Source: an uncultured Collinsella sp. (lineage in GTDB: Bacteria > Actinomycetota > Coriobacteriia > Coriobacteriales > Coriobacteriaceae). Taken from it: a stretch of DNA of 64,000 nt. The notes beneath the pieces were generated by a model. That model was not told the DNA's origin and made no database searches. It worked only from the letters and a program-made list of their open reading frames with translations. The stretch's first letter is position 1; every line of letters begins with the position of its first letter. Location of the stretch: assembly GCA_958407545.1 (NCBI GenBank), contig CATYJA010000002.1, positions 277 through 64,276 of the forward strand. The letters are read 5' to 3'. The position numbers and the translations under genes are program-made. Shown here one piece after another: positions 10,359-20,499 of the stretch.

Positions 10359-10796
10359 GTGTTAAGCGTCTACTTTGGCGATATGCCAGAAGCGATTTAC
10401 AACACAGCGACATATTTCAAAAACTCTTACCGGTCTTCTTGGATTACGGATCCCTATGCAGTCTCGATAATTAAAGATGTCGATCGATCGGTTGTTGTCT
10501 CCGAAAACGTCATCGAAAGCCCTGTGCTTGGATCCATCTCCCCACTCCAGCTTTCTGGTGGCGTGAAAACGCTGCTGCTTATGAGATTTGATCGTAAGCA
10601 TATTTTTAACGCTTCTACCTGTGGTGACAACTGTGCCAAGTGGATTCTCGACATGGCGAAAGACCGCAAGCTCGTTGTGAATCTCTATCATGTGATGGAC
10701 TTTGGTCGCGAGGATTTTAAAATTAAAGTCGTGAATAGCGGCCGAATCGTTCACAACATGGCCGATTTGATTCACGAGTCGATTCCGTATCTGTAG
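10359..10796 (+). CDS. DUF4869-like protein carrying an ABC-signature-like LSGG motif
   Basis: GTG start 6 nt after GGGAG, 145 aa, ISPLQLSGGVKTLLLM and CGDNCAKW. The family name is from recall, not a search. Confidence 0.75.
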   Translation: MLSVYFGDMPEAIYNTATYFKNSYRSSWITDPYAVSIIKDVDRSVVVSENVIESPVLGSISPLQLSGGVKTLLLMRFDRKHIFNASTCGDNCAKWILDMAKDRKLVVNLYHVMDFGREDFKIKVVNSGRIVHNMADLIHESIPYL

Positions 10797-10805
10797 GTGC
10801 TGCTT

Positions 10806-11780
10806 ATGAACGGTTCGCATCTCGTTAAGATTTCCCGCCGCAGGGGAACCAAGTACACATTTACCATTAAACGGAACATTACTATTGTGCGTGGGGATAG
10901 TGGCACGGGTAAGACGACACTGTTTGACATGGTCGCAGACTACATGCGAACGGGCGAGCAGTCGGGTGTTTCCTTGCAATGCGATTGTCCCTGTGTCGCC
11001 CTGACCGATTATGATTGGCGAAACCAGCTTTCGTCCGTTCATGACTCGATTGTATTTGTCGATGAGGGCTTAAAAGAGATCCATTCTGATGAGTTTGCCC
11101 ATCATGTGCTGTATTCCTCGAATTATTTCGTGCTGATCTCAAGGGCTGATTTCCCCAATCTTCCGTATAGCGTGGATGAGATTTACAAGATTAAGACGAG
11201 CGGAAAATACCATTCTTTCGTCCCTGTTTATCAAGATCGCGGGAATCATCGTTATGCTATTTCCCGGTCGGCGCCAAAACAGGACTTTTCTATCCTTCTA
11301 TGCGAGGACAGTAAGTCTGGTTTCCAGTTCTTTAAACGGCATTTTGCTGACAGTGAGCTTACCTGTACTTCGGCCATGACGAACAGCGCGATTTTGGGCT
11401 GGTTGGATCAGCATCTCGACGATCGCGTGTTTGTTGTCGCGGACGGGGCGGCATTTGGGTGCTATGCGGACCGCGTCCTTAAGCTGCAAGACATTCACCG
11501 CGATACTGTTACGGTTTGTCTTCCCGAGTCGTTCGAATGGCTTCTGCTGAGCTCCGGCGTAATTTCAGGGCTAGATGTTAAGACGGTTTTGGAAACCCCA
11601 GAAGCCTTTGTAAACAGTGAGAAGTTTAAAAGCTGGGAGGATTTCTTCTATAAGTACTTACGTGAAATAACTGGGGATTCGGTTTTTCACTACGACAAAG
11701 ACTGCATTTCGGAGGCGTTTTGTACAGGAGGTAATTCTGCGAAGGTTATGGCTCTTATCGCATGCCGAAATGTCCGATAG
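10806..11780 (+). CDS. P-loop ATPase fused to a putative TOPRIM-like domain
   Basis: NITIVRGDSGTGKT (Walker A) and IVFVDE (Walker B); the C-terminal half has ILLCEDSKSG, VFVVADG and LPESFEWLLL. Confidence 0.75.
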   Translation: MNGSHLVKISRRRGTKYTFTIKRNITIVRGDSGTGKTTLFDMVADYMRTGEQSGVSLQCDCPCVALTDYDWRNQLSSVHDSIVFVDEGLKEIHSDEFAHHVLYSSNYFVLISRADFPNLPYSVDEIYKIKTSGKYHSFVPVYQDRGNHRYAISRSAPKQDFSILLCEDSKSGFQFFKRHFADSELTCTSAMTNSAILGWLDQHLDDRVFVVADGAAFGCYADRVLKLQDIHRDTVTVCLPESFEWLLLSSGVISGLDVKTVLETPEAFVNSEKFKSWEDFFYKYLREITGDSVFHYDKDCISEAFCTGGNSAKVMALIACRNVR

Positions 11781-11789
11781 TTTTGTTGA

Positions 11790-12875
<1,086 letters not shown>

Positions 12876-12901
12876 GACTGCATTCCGGCGAACCGCACCG
12901 C

Positions 12902-12962
12902 GGGGCGCCCGCGCGGGGATGCAGGGCATGGGGATGATCCTGCGTCCCCGCGCGGGCGCCCC
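12902..12962. repeat. 24-bp GC-rich inverted repeat between rfbB and rfbCD
   Basis: GGGGCGCCCGCGCGGGGATGCAGG-N13-CCTGCGTCCCCGCGCGGGCGCCCC with one U-G wobble. Confidence 0.85.
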
Positions 12963-12998
12963 CGGTTATACAACCTCTTCGATAGGAGCTTTTCCCAC

Positions 12999-14453
12999 AT
13001 GGCAGACATCGCATTCGAGAAGGACCTCTCCGTCGCCGAGACCGGCATCGAGGGCCTCAAGGTCGTCGACCTCGCCGTCCACGGCGACTCGCGCGGCTGG
13101 TTCAAGGAGAACTGGCAGCGCGCCAAGATGACCGCCCTGGGCATCCCGGACCTCAGGGTCGTCCAGAACAACATCTCCTACAACGACAGCCGCGGCGTCA
13201 CCCGCGGCATCCACGCCGAGCCCTGGGACAAGTTCATCTCCGTGGCGCGCGGCAGCGTCTTCGGCGCCTGGGTGGACCTGCGCGAGGGCAGCGAGACCTT
13301 CGGCAAGGTGTTCACCTGCACCCTGGACCCGAGCAAGGCCATCTACGTCCCGCGCGGCGTGGGCAACTCCTTCCAGGCCCTGGAGGACGGCACCGCCTAC
13401 ACCTACCTGGTGGACGCCCACTGGTCGCTGGAGCTCAAGAGGACCTACACCTTCGTGAACCTCGCCGATCCCGAGCTCGCCATCGAGTGGCCCATCCCTC
13501 TCGACGAGGCCACCGTCTCCGATGCCGACCTCAACCACCCGATGCTCAGGGACGTCGTCCCCATGGCGCCCAAGAGGACGCTCGTCACCGGCTGCAACGG
13601 CCAGCTGGGCCATGCGGTGCGCGCGCTCGCCGAGGAGCGCGGCGTGGCGAAGGGCTTCGACTTCTGCGACATCGACACCTTCGACATGTCCGACCCGGAC
13701 GCCTACTCAAAATACGACTGGTCGCTCTACGGCACCGTGATCAACTGCGGCGCCTACACGGCCGTGGACAGGGCGGAGACCCCCGAGGGCCGCGTGACCG
13801 CCTGGAAGGCCAACGCCGCCGGTCCCGCTCTTCTCGCACGCACCTGCGCCGGGCACGGGATCACCCTCGTCCACGTGTCCTCCGACTACGTCTTCGACGG
13901 TACCGCCGAGGTGCATGACGAGGACGAGCCCCTCAGCCCGCTGTCCGTCTACGGCCAGACCAAGGCCGCCGGCGACATCGCCGTGGCCGGGTGCCCGCGC
14001 CACTACATCATGCGCTCCAGCTGGGTCATCGGCGAGGGCCGCAACTTCGTCAAGACGATGAAGGGCCTGTCCGACTGCGTCGCCGACCCCGAGGACGGGC
14101 TCGAGCAGGTCACGGTCGTTGACGACCAGCTGGGCCGCCTGACCTTCACGCGCGACATGGCCGAGGCCATCTTCCACGTGCTGGGGACGCACGCCCCCTA
14201 CGGCACCTACGACTGCACCGGCTCCGGCACCGTCAAGTCCTGGGCCGATATCGCCCGCGCCGTCTTCGAGGCCGCCAACGGCAACGGGGACAGGGTCGTG
14301 CCGGTATCGACCGCCGACTACTACGCGAGCGCCGAGGGCCCCGTCGCCTCGCGCCCGGTCCACTCCGCGCTCGACCTGTCCAAGCTCGAGGCTGCCGGCT
14401 TCCACATGCCCGACTGGGAGGAAGAGCTGGGGGAGTACATCAAGACGCTCTAG
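12999..14453 (+). CDS. rfbCD: Bifunctional dTDP-4-dehydrorhamnose 3,5-epimerase / reductase (RmlC-RmlD fusion)
   Basis: N-terminal cupin (HGDSRGWFKE, RGIH, VDLR) and C-terminal SDR (VTGCNGQLG, AYTAVD, SSDYVFDG, YGQTK). Confidence 0.93.
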   Translation: MADIAFEKDLSVAETGIEGLKVVDLAVHGDSRGWFKENWQRAKMTALGIPDLRVVQNNISYNDSRGVTRGIHAEPWDKFISVARGSVFGAWVDLREGSETFGKVFTCTLDPSKAIYVPRGVGNSFQALEDGTAYTYLVDAHWSLELKRTYTFVNLADPELAIEWPIPLDEATVSDADLNHPMLRDVVPMAPKRTLVTGCNGQLGHAVRALAEERGVAKGFDFCDIDTFDMSDPDAYSKYDWSLYGTVINCGAYTAVDRAETPEGRVTAWKANAAGPALLARTCAGHGITLVHVSSDYVFDGTAEVHDEDEPLSPLSVYGQTKAAGDIAVAGCPRHYIMRSSWVIGEGRNFVKTMKGLSDCVADPEDGLEQVTVVDDQLGRLTFTRDMAEAIFHVLGTHAPYGTYDCTGSGTVKSWADIARAVFEAANGNGDRVVPVSTADYYASAEGPVASRPVHSALDLSKLEAAGFHMPDWEEELGEYIKTL

Positions 14454-14475
14454 CCGCTATTAACTTTTCGAGAGT

Positions 14476-14505
14476 AAAAGCCGCCGTTCTTTAACGGCGG
14501 CTTTT
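14476..14505. terminator. Bidirectional intrinsic terminator
   Basis: AAAAGCCGCCGTT-CTTT-AACGGCGGCTTTT between convergent genes. Confidence 0.85.
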
Positions 14506-14555
14506 CTTGTTGGTGGCTATCTGCGCAGTGGTGCCAATAGTATTTTGCGGAAGAT

Positions 14556-15527
14556 CTACCTCTCGCTTGGCATGGAAGTAGGGTGGCCGGGCTGGTCGTC
14601 GTAGGCGTATTTGCTGTACACGTTGACCTCCCACTGCTTTTTTTCGACCTTTGCTACAGAATCTAGGATGAAGCCGGTCGCAAGGCTCAGGCCGCACAGG
14701 AACATAAACGAGGCGGCGAGCACAGCGGTGGGGAAGCGCGGGACGAGGCCGGTCTGGAAATATTCGACAACGATGGGCATGCCCAGGGCGAGGCCGAATA
14801 CCGCGAACAGAAGCGCAACGAGGCTGAAGAACTTCAGCGGGCGGTAGTCCTTGAACAGCGTGCCGATCATCGCAACGACTTTAATGCCGTCGCTCACGGT
14901 GTTGAGTTTGGACTCGGAACCCTCGGGACGGTCGCGGTACTCGATGGGCACATCTTTGATGCGCCAGCGGTGGTCGACGGCGTGGATCGAGAGCTCGGTT
15001 TCGATCTGAAAGCCCTCGGAAAGCACTGGGAAGGTTTTAACGAACGGGCGGCTCATGGCGCGGTAGCCTGTCATGACGTCATCGAAGCTGTAGCCATAGA
15101 TCCACTTGATCATGGCGCGGACCAGATTATTGCCAAAGCCGTGGAAGGCACGCTTGTTCTCCTCGGCGTAGGTGCCGTTGGAAAGGCGATCGCCTACGGT
15201 CATGTCGGCCGTGCCGTTAAGGATGGGCTCGCAGAGGGCCTTGGCCGCCTCGGCGGGGTAGGTGTCGTCTCCGTCGACCATCAGGTAGCAATCGGCGTCG
15301 ATATCGCGAAACATCTGGCGGCACACGTTGCCCTTTCCCTGACGGGGCTCAAAGCGGACTGTGGCGCCGTGCTCGGTGGCAATGCGTGAGGTATCGTCCG
15401 ACGAGTTGTTGTCATAGACATAGACCGTCGCCTGCGGAAGCTCGCGGTGAAAGTCGTCGATGACTTTGCCGATCGTGAGCGCTTCGTTGTAGCAAGGGAT
15501 GATGACGGCGATGGATTCAGAATTCAC
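14556..15527 (-). CDS. GT2 polyprenyl-phosphate glycosyltransferase with two C-terminal TM helices (GtrB/DPM-like)
   Basis: IIPCYNE, YDNNSSD, MVDGDDTY, DVMTGYR and FQIETE motifs; hydrophobic C-terminus. Confidence 0.88.
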   Translation of the reverse strand: MNSESIAVIIPCYNEALTIGKVIDDFHRELPQATVYVYDNNSSDDTSRIATEHGATVRFEPRQGKGNVCRQMFRDIDADCYLMVDGDDTYPAEAAKALCEPILNGTADMTVGDRLSNGTYAEENKRAFHGFGNNLVRAMIKWIYGYSFDDVMTGYRAMSRPFVKTFPVLSEGFQIETELSIHAVDHRWRIKDVPIEYRDRPEGSESKLNTVSDGIKVVAMIGTLFKDYRPLKFFSLVALLFAVFGLALGMPIVVEYFQTGLVPRFPTAVLAASFMFLCGLSLATGFILDSVAKVEKKQWEVNVYSKYAYDDQPGHPTSMPSER

Positions 15528-15687
15528 TTAATGCTCCTTATACATTCAATCCTAGAAAGTATAGCCGTTTGGGCCTGGCATCCTAAGATGTGGGTTAGTT
15601 CTCCAGTTTTGTTGCGCGAATCGTTTGCATGGCCGTCGGGTCTATACTGTTCGTTTGTCAACGATTACGAGTAAAGGAGTTGCATCC

Positions 15688-16533
15688 GTGTCGGATCAGA
15701 CAAAGCAACAAGAAACTCGCAGTCTGCCTGCGACGTTTGCTAAGAACGAATTTGAGAAGGACGCGTTTATCCTTCGTCAGCTGGTTACCAAGGATTTTAA
15801 GATCAAGTATCGCCGTAGCGTTCTGGGCGTCGCATGGTCGGTGCTCAACCCGCTGCTGATGATGATCGTCATGGCCATCGTGTTCTCGACGATTTTTGGC
15901 CAGGGCCGCAATGGCTCAATGACGCCCGAGATGTACCCGCTGTACTTGATCGTGGGTAACATCACCTTTGCCGTCATGTCTGAGTCTACTAACCAGGCCC
16001 TGACGTCGATCGTGGGCGCTGCCCCTCTGCTCAAGAAGGTTAAGGTGCACCGCTGGGTTTTCCCGGTGCAGAAGGTGCTCTTCTCGCTGGTCAACTTTGC
16101 CTTCTCGCTGGTCGCCGTCGCCATCGTCATGCTGTGGTTCCGCGTTATGCCTTCTTGGCACCTGATTCTGTTGCCGGTTTGCCTGCTGCTGCTTATGTGC
16201 TTCTGCATGGGCCTGGGCATGATGCTCTCTGCCCTTACGGTCTTCTTCCGCGACGTTATGCATCTGTGGAGCGTCGTCATTACGGCGTGGACTTACATTA
16301 CGCCCATCTTCTGGACGACTGACTATATTGCGCAAATGCCGCATCTCGTGCGTATCTTGATGTATGCGAACCCCATGTTCAACTACCTGCAGTTTATGCG
16401 CGATATCTTCCTGTTCCAGACTACGCCCTCGCTTATGACGTTTGGTATGTGCGTCGCTTGGGCGGTTCTTGCGCTTATTATTGGCTATACCGTGTTCCAT
16501 AAGTCCGAGCGCAAATTTATCCTCTACATCTAA
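15688..16533 (+). CDS. wzm: Polysaccharide ABC exporter permease (Wzm/RgpC-like)
   Basis: DFKIKYRRSVLGVAWSVLNP, FRD, TPIF and NP motifs; GTG start after AAAGGAG. Confidence 0.9.
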   Translation: MSDQTKQQETRSLPATFAKNEFEKDAFILRQLVTKDFKIKYRRSVLGVAWSVLNPLLMMIVMAIVFSTIFGQGRNGSMTPEMYPLYLIVGNITFAVMSESTNQALTSIVGAAPLLKKVKVHRWVFPVQKVLFSLVNFAFSLVAVAIVMLWFRVMPSWHLILLPVCLLLLMCFCMGLGMMLSALTVFFRDVMHLWSVVITAWTYITPIFWTTDYIAQMPHLVRILMYANPMFNYLQFMRDIFLFQTTPSLMTFGMCVAWAVLALIIGYTVFHKSERKFILYI

Positions 16534-16541
16534 GGAGTGCT

Positions 16542-17312
16542 GTGATGACTGAATCTGTTGTTGATTACAGCGAGCAGCCTCTGGCTGTCGAGGTCGACGA
16601 CGTCACCATGATCTTTAACATGGCGTCCGAGTCGCTGACCAACCTCAAGGAGTACTTCATTAAGCTTGCCAAGCACGAGCTGTTCTTTGAGGAGTTTAGG
16701 GCGCTTAAGCACATCTCGTTTGATATTCATCGCGGCGAGGTTGTGGGTCTGGTCGGCACCAATGGCTCCGGCAAGTCTACGATGCTCAAGATTATCGCTG
16801 GCGTTCTTGAGCCTAGCGAGGGCAGCGTTAAGGTGCACGGTAACATCGCGCCGCTGATTGAGCTTGGCGCCGGCTTTGACCCCGAGCTGACCGCCCGCGA
16901 GAACATCTATCTGAACGGCGCCCTGCTCGGCTATACCAAGGAGTTCATCGACGCCAACTTTGACGGCATTATCGAGTTCGCTGAGCTGCAGAACTTTGTC
17001 GATATGCCGCTTAAGAACTTCTCTTCGGGCATGGTGGCGCGTATCGCCTTTGCAATCGCGACGATTACCGAGCCCGATATTCTGATCGTTGACGAGACGC
17101 TGTCCGTCGGTGATGTGTTCTTCCAGCAAAAGTGTGAGGCCCGCATCCAGCACTTTATCCAGAGCGGCGACGTGACGGTTCTGTTCGTTTCGCACTCTAT
17201 GGAGCAGGTTGAGCGCATCTGCCAGCGTGCCGTTTGGATTGAGAAGGGTGACCTTCGCATGGACGGCCCGGTCGATGAGGTCTGCAAGGCGTACCGCGAG
17301 CAGTTCAACTAG
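16542..17312 (+). CDS. wzt: Polysaccharide ABC exporter ATPase (Wzt/RgpD-like)
   Basis: GTNGSGKST, FSSGMVAR, LIVDE and VSH. At 256 aa it has no C-terminal extension. Confidence 0.92.
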   Translation: MMTESVVDYSEQPLAVEVDDVTMIFNMASESLTNLKEYFIKLAKHELFFEEFRALKHISFDIHRGEVVGLVGTNGSGKSTMLKIIAGVLEPSEGSVKVHGNIAPLIELGAGFDPELTARENIYLNGALLGYTKEFIDANFDGIIEFAELQNFVDMPLKNFSSGMVARIAFAIATITEPDILIVDETLSVGDVFFQQKCEARIQHFIQSGDVTVLFVSHSMEQVERICQRAVWIEKGDLRMDGPVDEVCKAYREQFN

Positions 17313-17366
17313 GTTATAATTACTTGCGCCTGACAGGCTTGTGCTTGCTTGGGCGTGCGGTTATTT

Positions 17367-17443
17367 GCTCCATTAGCTCAGTTGGATAGAGCAGGGGACT
17401 TCTAATCCCAAGGTCGACGGTTCGAATCCGCCATGGAGCACCA
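17367..17443 (+). tRNA. tRNA-Arg (anticodon TCT)
   Basis: Acceptor GCTCCAT/ATGGAGC, D-arm AGCTCAGTTGGATAGAGC, anticodon loop CTTCTAA, T-loop GGTTCGAATCC, encoded CCA. Confidence 0.95.
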
Positions 17444-17452
17444 TCGTTTATT

Positions 17453-17486
17453 AAGCCCAGACCGCTTGGTGATCTGGGCTTTTTTC
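17453..17486 (+). terminator. Intrinsic terminator after tRNA-Arg(TCT)
   Basis: AAGCCCAGA...TCTGGGCTTTTTT. Confidence 0.75.
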
Positions 17487-17547
17487 ATCTTGTGTGTTGC
17501 TGGAGCCGAGCGCGAGCAAGCCGCTGCTGTTTGTTGGGGTTGGCATT

Positions 17548-17985
17548 TTACTTTTCGAGATGCTCTTTCAGCAGCTCCAACGCGTGGGCGTAGCCCTTCA
17601 GGCCCTCTCCGGTGATGGTGGCGAAGCAGGCCAGACGGGCGTAGCTCACCTGGCGGAAGTCTTCGCGGGTCTCGACTGCGCTAATGTGGACCTCCACAGC
17701 CGGGATGGCGACGGCTTTGAGCGCGTCCAGGATGGCCACGCTTGTGTGCGTGTAGGCGGCCGGGTTGATGACGATGCCGTCGACCTTTCCGTAAGCCTCC
17801 TGGATCTTGTCGACGATGCTGCCCTCGTGGTTAGACTGGAAGACCTCGACCTCGTCGAAGCCCTGTGCGGCACCCGCTTCCTGGCAGATCTGCACTAAGC
17901 GATCGTAGTTGTCGCTGCCGTAGATGCCTGGCTCGCGAATGCCGAGCATGTTGAGGTTGGGGCCGTTAATGACGAGTGCTTTCAT
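17548..17985 (-). CDS. aroQ: Type II 3-dehydroquinate dehydratase
   Basis: INGPNLNMLGIREPGIYG, QSNHEG, NPAAYTHTS and EVHIS. Confidence 0.96.
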   Translation of the reverse strand: MKALVINGPNLNMLGIREPGIYGSDNYDRLVQICQEAGAAQGFDEVEVFQSNHEGSIVDKIQEAYGKVDGIVINPAAYTHTSVAILDALKAVAIPAVEVHISAVETREDFRQVSYARLACFATITGEGLKGYAHALELLKEHLEK

Positions 17986-18006
17986 GGTTGCTTCCTTTGC
18001 AGTTGA

Positions 18007-18047
18007 AAAACCACCACAAAGGTGCCTGCCCCCTTTGTGGTGGTTTT
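18007..18047 (-). terminator. Perfect 16-bp inverted repeat between aroEK and aroQ
   Basis: AAAACCACCACAAAGG-N9-CCTTTGTGGTGGTTTT. Confidence 0.6.
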
Positions 18048-18049
18048 GG

Positions 18050-19300
18050 TTAGAGAGCGGGTGGGAGGGTGTCGAGGAGGGCATGGGCGGTGTTGGCGGC
18101 GCAGTCGCGTGAGTCGATGATGTAGTCGGCCCAGGCGCGGTAGCGCGGCATACGCTGCTCGGCCAGCTTGTCGATGCCGTCGCGCGCGGTGATGGGGCGG
18201 CCCTTGTGGGCGAGCTCGTCGAGCTTGCGGTTGAGCATCACGATTTGGCTGTTTTGGTGCAGCAGAGGGTAGTTCTCGTCGCGCGTAACCACGCCGCCGC
18301 CGGTGGAGAGCACCAAGCCGCTGCGCTTGGAGATGTCGGCCAGCGCTGCCGTCTCCTGCTCGCGGAAGGCCGCCTCGCCGCACTTGATGATAAAGTCGGC
18401 GCAGGGCATGCCCAGGCGCTCCTCGAGGGCGCGATCGAGATCGATGTGCTCGCGGCCCGTGAACTGGGCGATCTGCTCGCCCACGCGGGTCTTGCCCGAG
18501 CCCGGCATGCCGATCAGCGCGATGTTCTGTTCGCGGCGTGACAGGCGCTCCGTTACGTCCAGGATCCTCTCGCGCGGGGTGGCTTTGCCGGTATAGCGCT
18601 CGACAGCTTGTGCCGCCTGGGCAACAAGCATAAGCAGGCCGCCGATGCAGGGGATGCCGCGGCGCTCGGCCTCGAGCATCAGGCCCGTGCGGGCGGGGTT
18701 GTAGACAATGTCGATGACGCCCTCGAGCGCATCGAGGCCTTCGAGCGTGCAAGGCGCGTCGGGGCAATGGGGGAACATGCCGGCGGGCGTGCAGTTGACG
18801 AGTAGGGAGGCGTCGGACTGCTGCGCGATATTGTCGTAGTTGACCTCGCTCGTGCGACCCACGGGTACGACGATGGCGCCCATGTCTCCCAGCACCATAC
18901 TTGCCGTGGTGCCGGCGCCGCCGGTGGCACCGAGCACGAGGGCCTTCTTGCCGGCAACCTCAACGCCCAACTCCTCGACCAGGCACTGGAAACCGAAGTA
19001 GTCAGTATTATCGCCGTGCAGGCGGCCGTCGGGCAGGCGCGTGATGGTGTTGACGTTGCCCATGCGCTCGGCGAGCGGGCTCAGCTCGTCCAGGTATTCC
19101 ATGACGGCGCGCTTGTAGGGGATGGTCACGTTGGTGCCCTCCCATTCGTCGCCCGTCATAAAAGCCTCAAGATCCTCGGGCTCGCGCTCAAAACGCACGT
19201 ACTCAAGCCCCGCCAGCTCCTTGTAGATGGTCGGGGTGTAGCTGTGGCCCAGCACGCGGCCCAGCACGCCGTAGGGGCGGGTTGCGGCGGTATCGGTCAT
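18050..19300 (-). CDS. aroE-aroK: Shikimate dehydrogenase-shikimate kinase fusion
   Basis: N-terminal LGHS, NVTIPYK, VNTI, NTD and DIVYNP; C-terminal LIGMPGSGKT, GEAAFR and STGGG. Confidence 0.92.
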   Translation of the reverse strand: MTDTAATRPYGVLGRVLGHSYTPTIYKELAGLEYVRFEREPEDLEAFMTGDEWEGTNVTIPYKRAVMEYLDELSPLAERMGNVNTITRLPDGRLHGDNTDYFGFQCLVEELGVEVAGKKALVLGATGGAGTTASMVLGDMGAIVVPVGRTSEVNYDNIAQQSDASLLVNCTPAGMFPHCPDAPCTLEGLDALEGVIDIVYNPARTGLMLEAERRGIPCIGGLLMLVAQAAQAVERYTGKATPRERILDVTERLSRREQNIALIGMPGSGKTRVGEQIAQFTGREHIDLDRALEERLGMPCADFIIKCGEAAFREQETAALADISKRSGLVLSTGGGVVTRDENYPLLHQNSQIVMLNRKLDELAHKGRPITARDGIDKLAEQRMPRYRAWADYIIDSRDCAANTAHALLDTLPPAL

Positions 19301-20446
19301 CTAGAGCACCTCCGTGTAGCTGCCAAAGTAGGTGAAGCTCTCGCATACGTCGTCGATCGAATCGAGCAGGTCGTCGAGGGCCTTGCTGCCAAAGGGACAG
19401 TCCAGATCAAAGTAGAACATAAACTCAAAGTCGTGGCCGGGGATGGGGCGGCTCTCGAGTTTGATGAGGTTGATGTTGAGCGCGTAGAAGCGCTCGAGCA
19501 CGCGATAGAGGGCACCCGGCTCATTGGCCGTGGTGATCATGAGCGAGGTACGGTTGGCACCGGGATAGACGCGTGGCTCGCGGCTGATGACGACAAAGCG
19601 TGTGTAGTTGTTGTCCGAGTCCTGGATGTTGGACTCCAGCACCTCCAGGCCATAGAGTGTCGCGCAGCTGCGCGATGCGATGGCGGCAACATCGGTGCGC
19701 CCGGAGCTGGCGACCATCTCGGCCGACATGGCGGTGTTGGGGTACTTGGTGGCGTGCAGGTCGTGGGACTCGATAAAGCCGGCACACTGGGCAATGGCTT
19801 GGCCGTGGCTGTAGACCTCGCGCACGTCGGCGAGCTTAGTGCCGGGCTTGACGAGCAAGTTGTGGTCGATCTTGAGGCGAAGCGAGCGCACGATGTGGAA
19901 GTCGAACTGGGCGAGCAGGTCGTAGACGGCGTTGACCGAGCCGGCGGTGGAGTTCTCGATGGGCAGCACGCCAAACTCGCAGAAGCCGTCGCGCACAGCG
20001 CGCATAACGCCTTCGAAGGTCTCGAAAAACGCGATGTCGGGCACGTCGAAGAGTTTGCACGCGGCGATTTGGCTGTAGGCACCTTCGACGCCCTGGCAGG
20101 CGACGGTTGCCGTCTGGGGGAAGGGTGTGTCAAAGGCTGCGGCCATGGCATGGGCCTTTTGCGACACCGTGATGCCCTTGAGCTCGTTGATGTAGCGCTG
20201 CTGCTCGGCCTTGCTCATGCTCATGAGGAGACGGAACAGGGTGATGGTCTGCGCCTTGTAGCGCTCGGGCGCGCGGCTGGCGAGGTTGTTGAGCTTGGAG
20301 CGCTCACGGGCGGGGTCGAAGACGGCCTTGCCCATCTCGATTTTTGACTTGGCTACCTCGGTGGCAATGTCCATTCGCTCGACAAAGCTGTTGAGGAGCG
20401 TGGTGTCGATGCCATCGATGGCCTGGCGGATGTCAGCAAGGTCCAT
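19301..20446 (-). CDS. pheA: Chorismate mutase / prephenate dehydratase with ACT domain (P-protein)
   Basis: LADIRQAIDGID, QGVEGAYS, LPIENSTAG, NYTRF and KLESRP; ATG 20446 follows AAAGGGG. Confidence 0.93.
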   Translation of the reverse strand: MDLADIRQAIDGIDTTLLNSFVERMDIATEVAKSKIEMGKAVFDPARERSKLNNLASRAPERYKAQTITLFRLLMSMSKAEQQRYINELKGITVSQKAHAMAAAFDTPFPQTATVACQGVEGAYSQIAACKLFDVPDIAFFETFEGVMRAVRDGFCEFGVLPIENSTAGSVNAVYDLLAQFDFHIVRSLRLKIDHNLLVKPGTKLADVREVYSHGQAIAQCAGFIESHDLHATKYPNTAMSAEMVASSGRTDVAAIASRSCATLYGLEVLESNIQDSDNNYTRFVVISREPRVYPGANRTSLMITTANEPGALYRVLERFYALNINLIKLESRPIPGHDFEFMFYFDLDCPFGSKALDDLLDSIDDVCESFTYFGSYTEVL

Positions 20447-20499
20447 GGAGGCCCCTTTCACGTAACGGCTGAGTTGGCAGGCAACCCAGGTGAGTCGGG

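Noticed and set aside
12926..12953. GCATGGGGATGATCC / GTCCCCGCGC resembles pieces of a type I-E CRISPR repeat
   Set aside because: Single occurrence with the halves in the wrong order, no spacers and no cas genes. The hairpin explains it, and no CRISPR array was seen in the window.
12999..14453. RmlC-RmlD fusion as a novelty
   Set aside because: This fusion is already known from gut actinobacteria, so it is listed as a feature only.
17367..17443. tRNA-Arg(TCT) as an integration site for the polysaccharide locus
   Set aside because: The locus lies 5' of the tRNA, and no duplicated tRNA 3' end or integrase is visible in the window.
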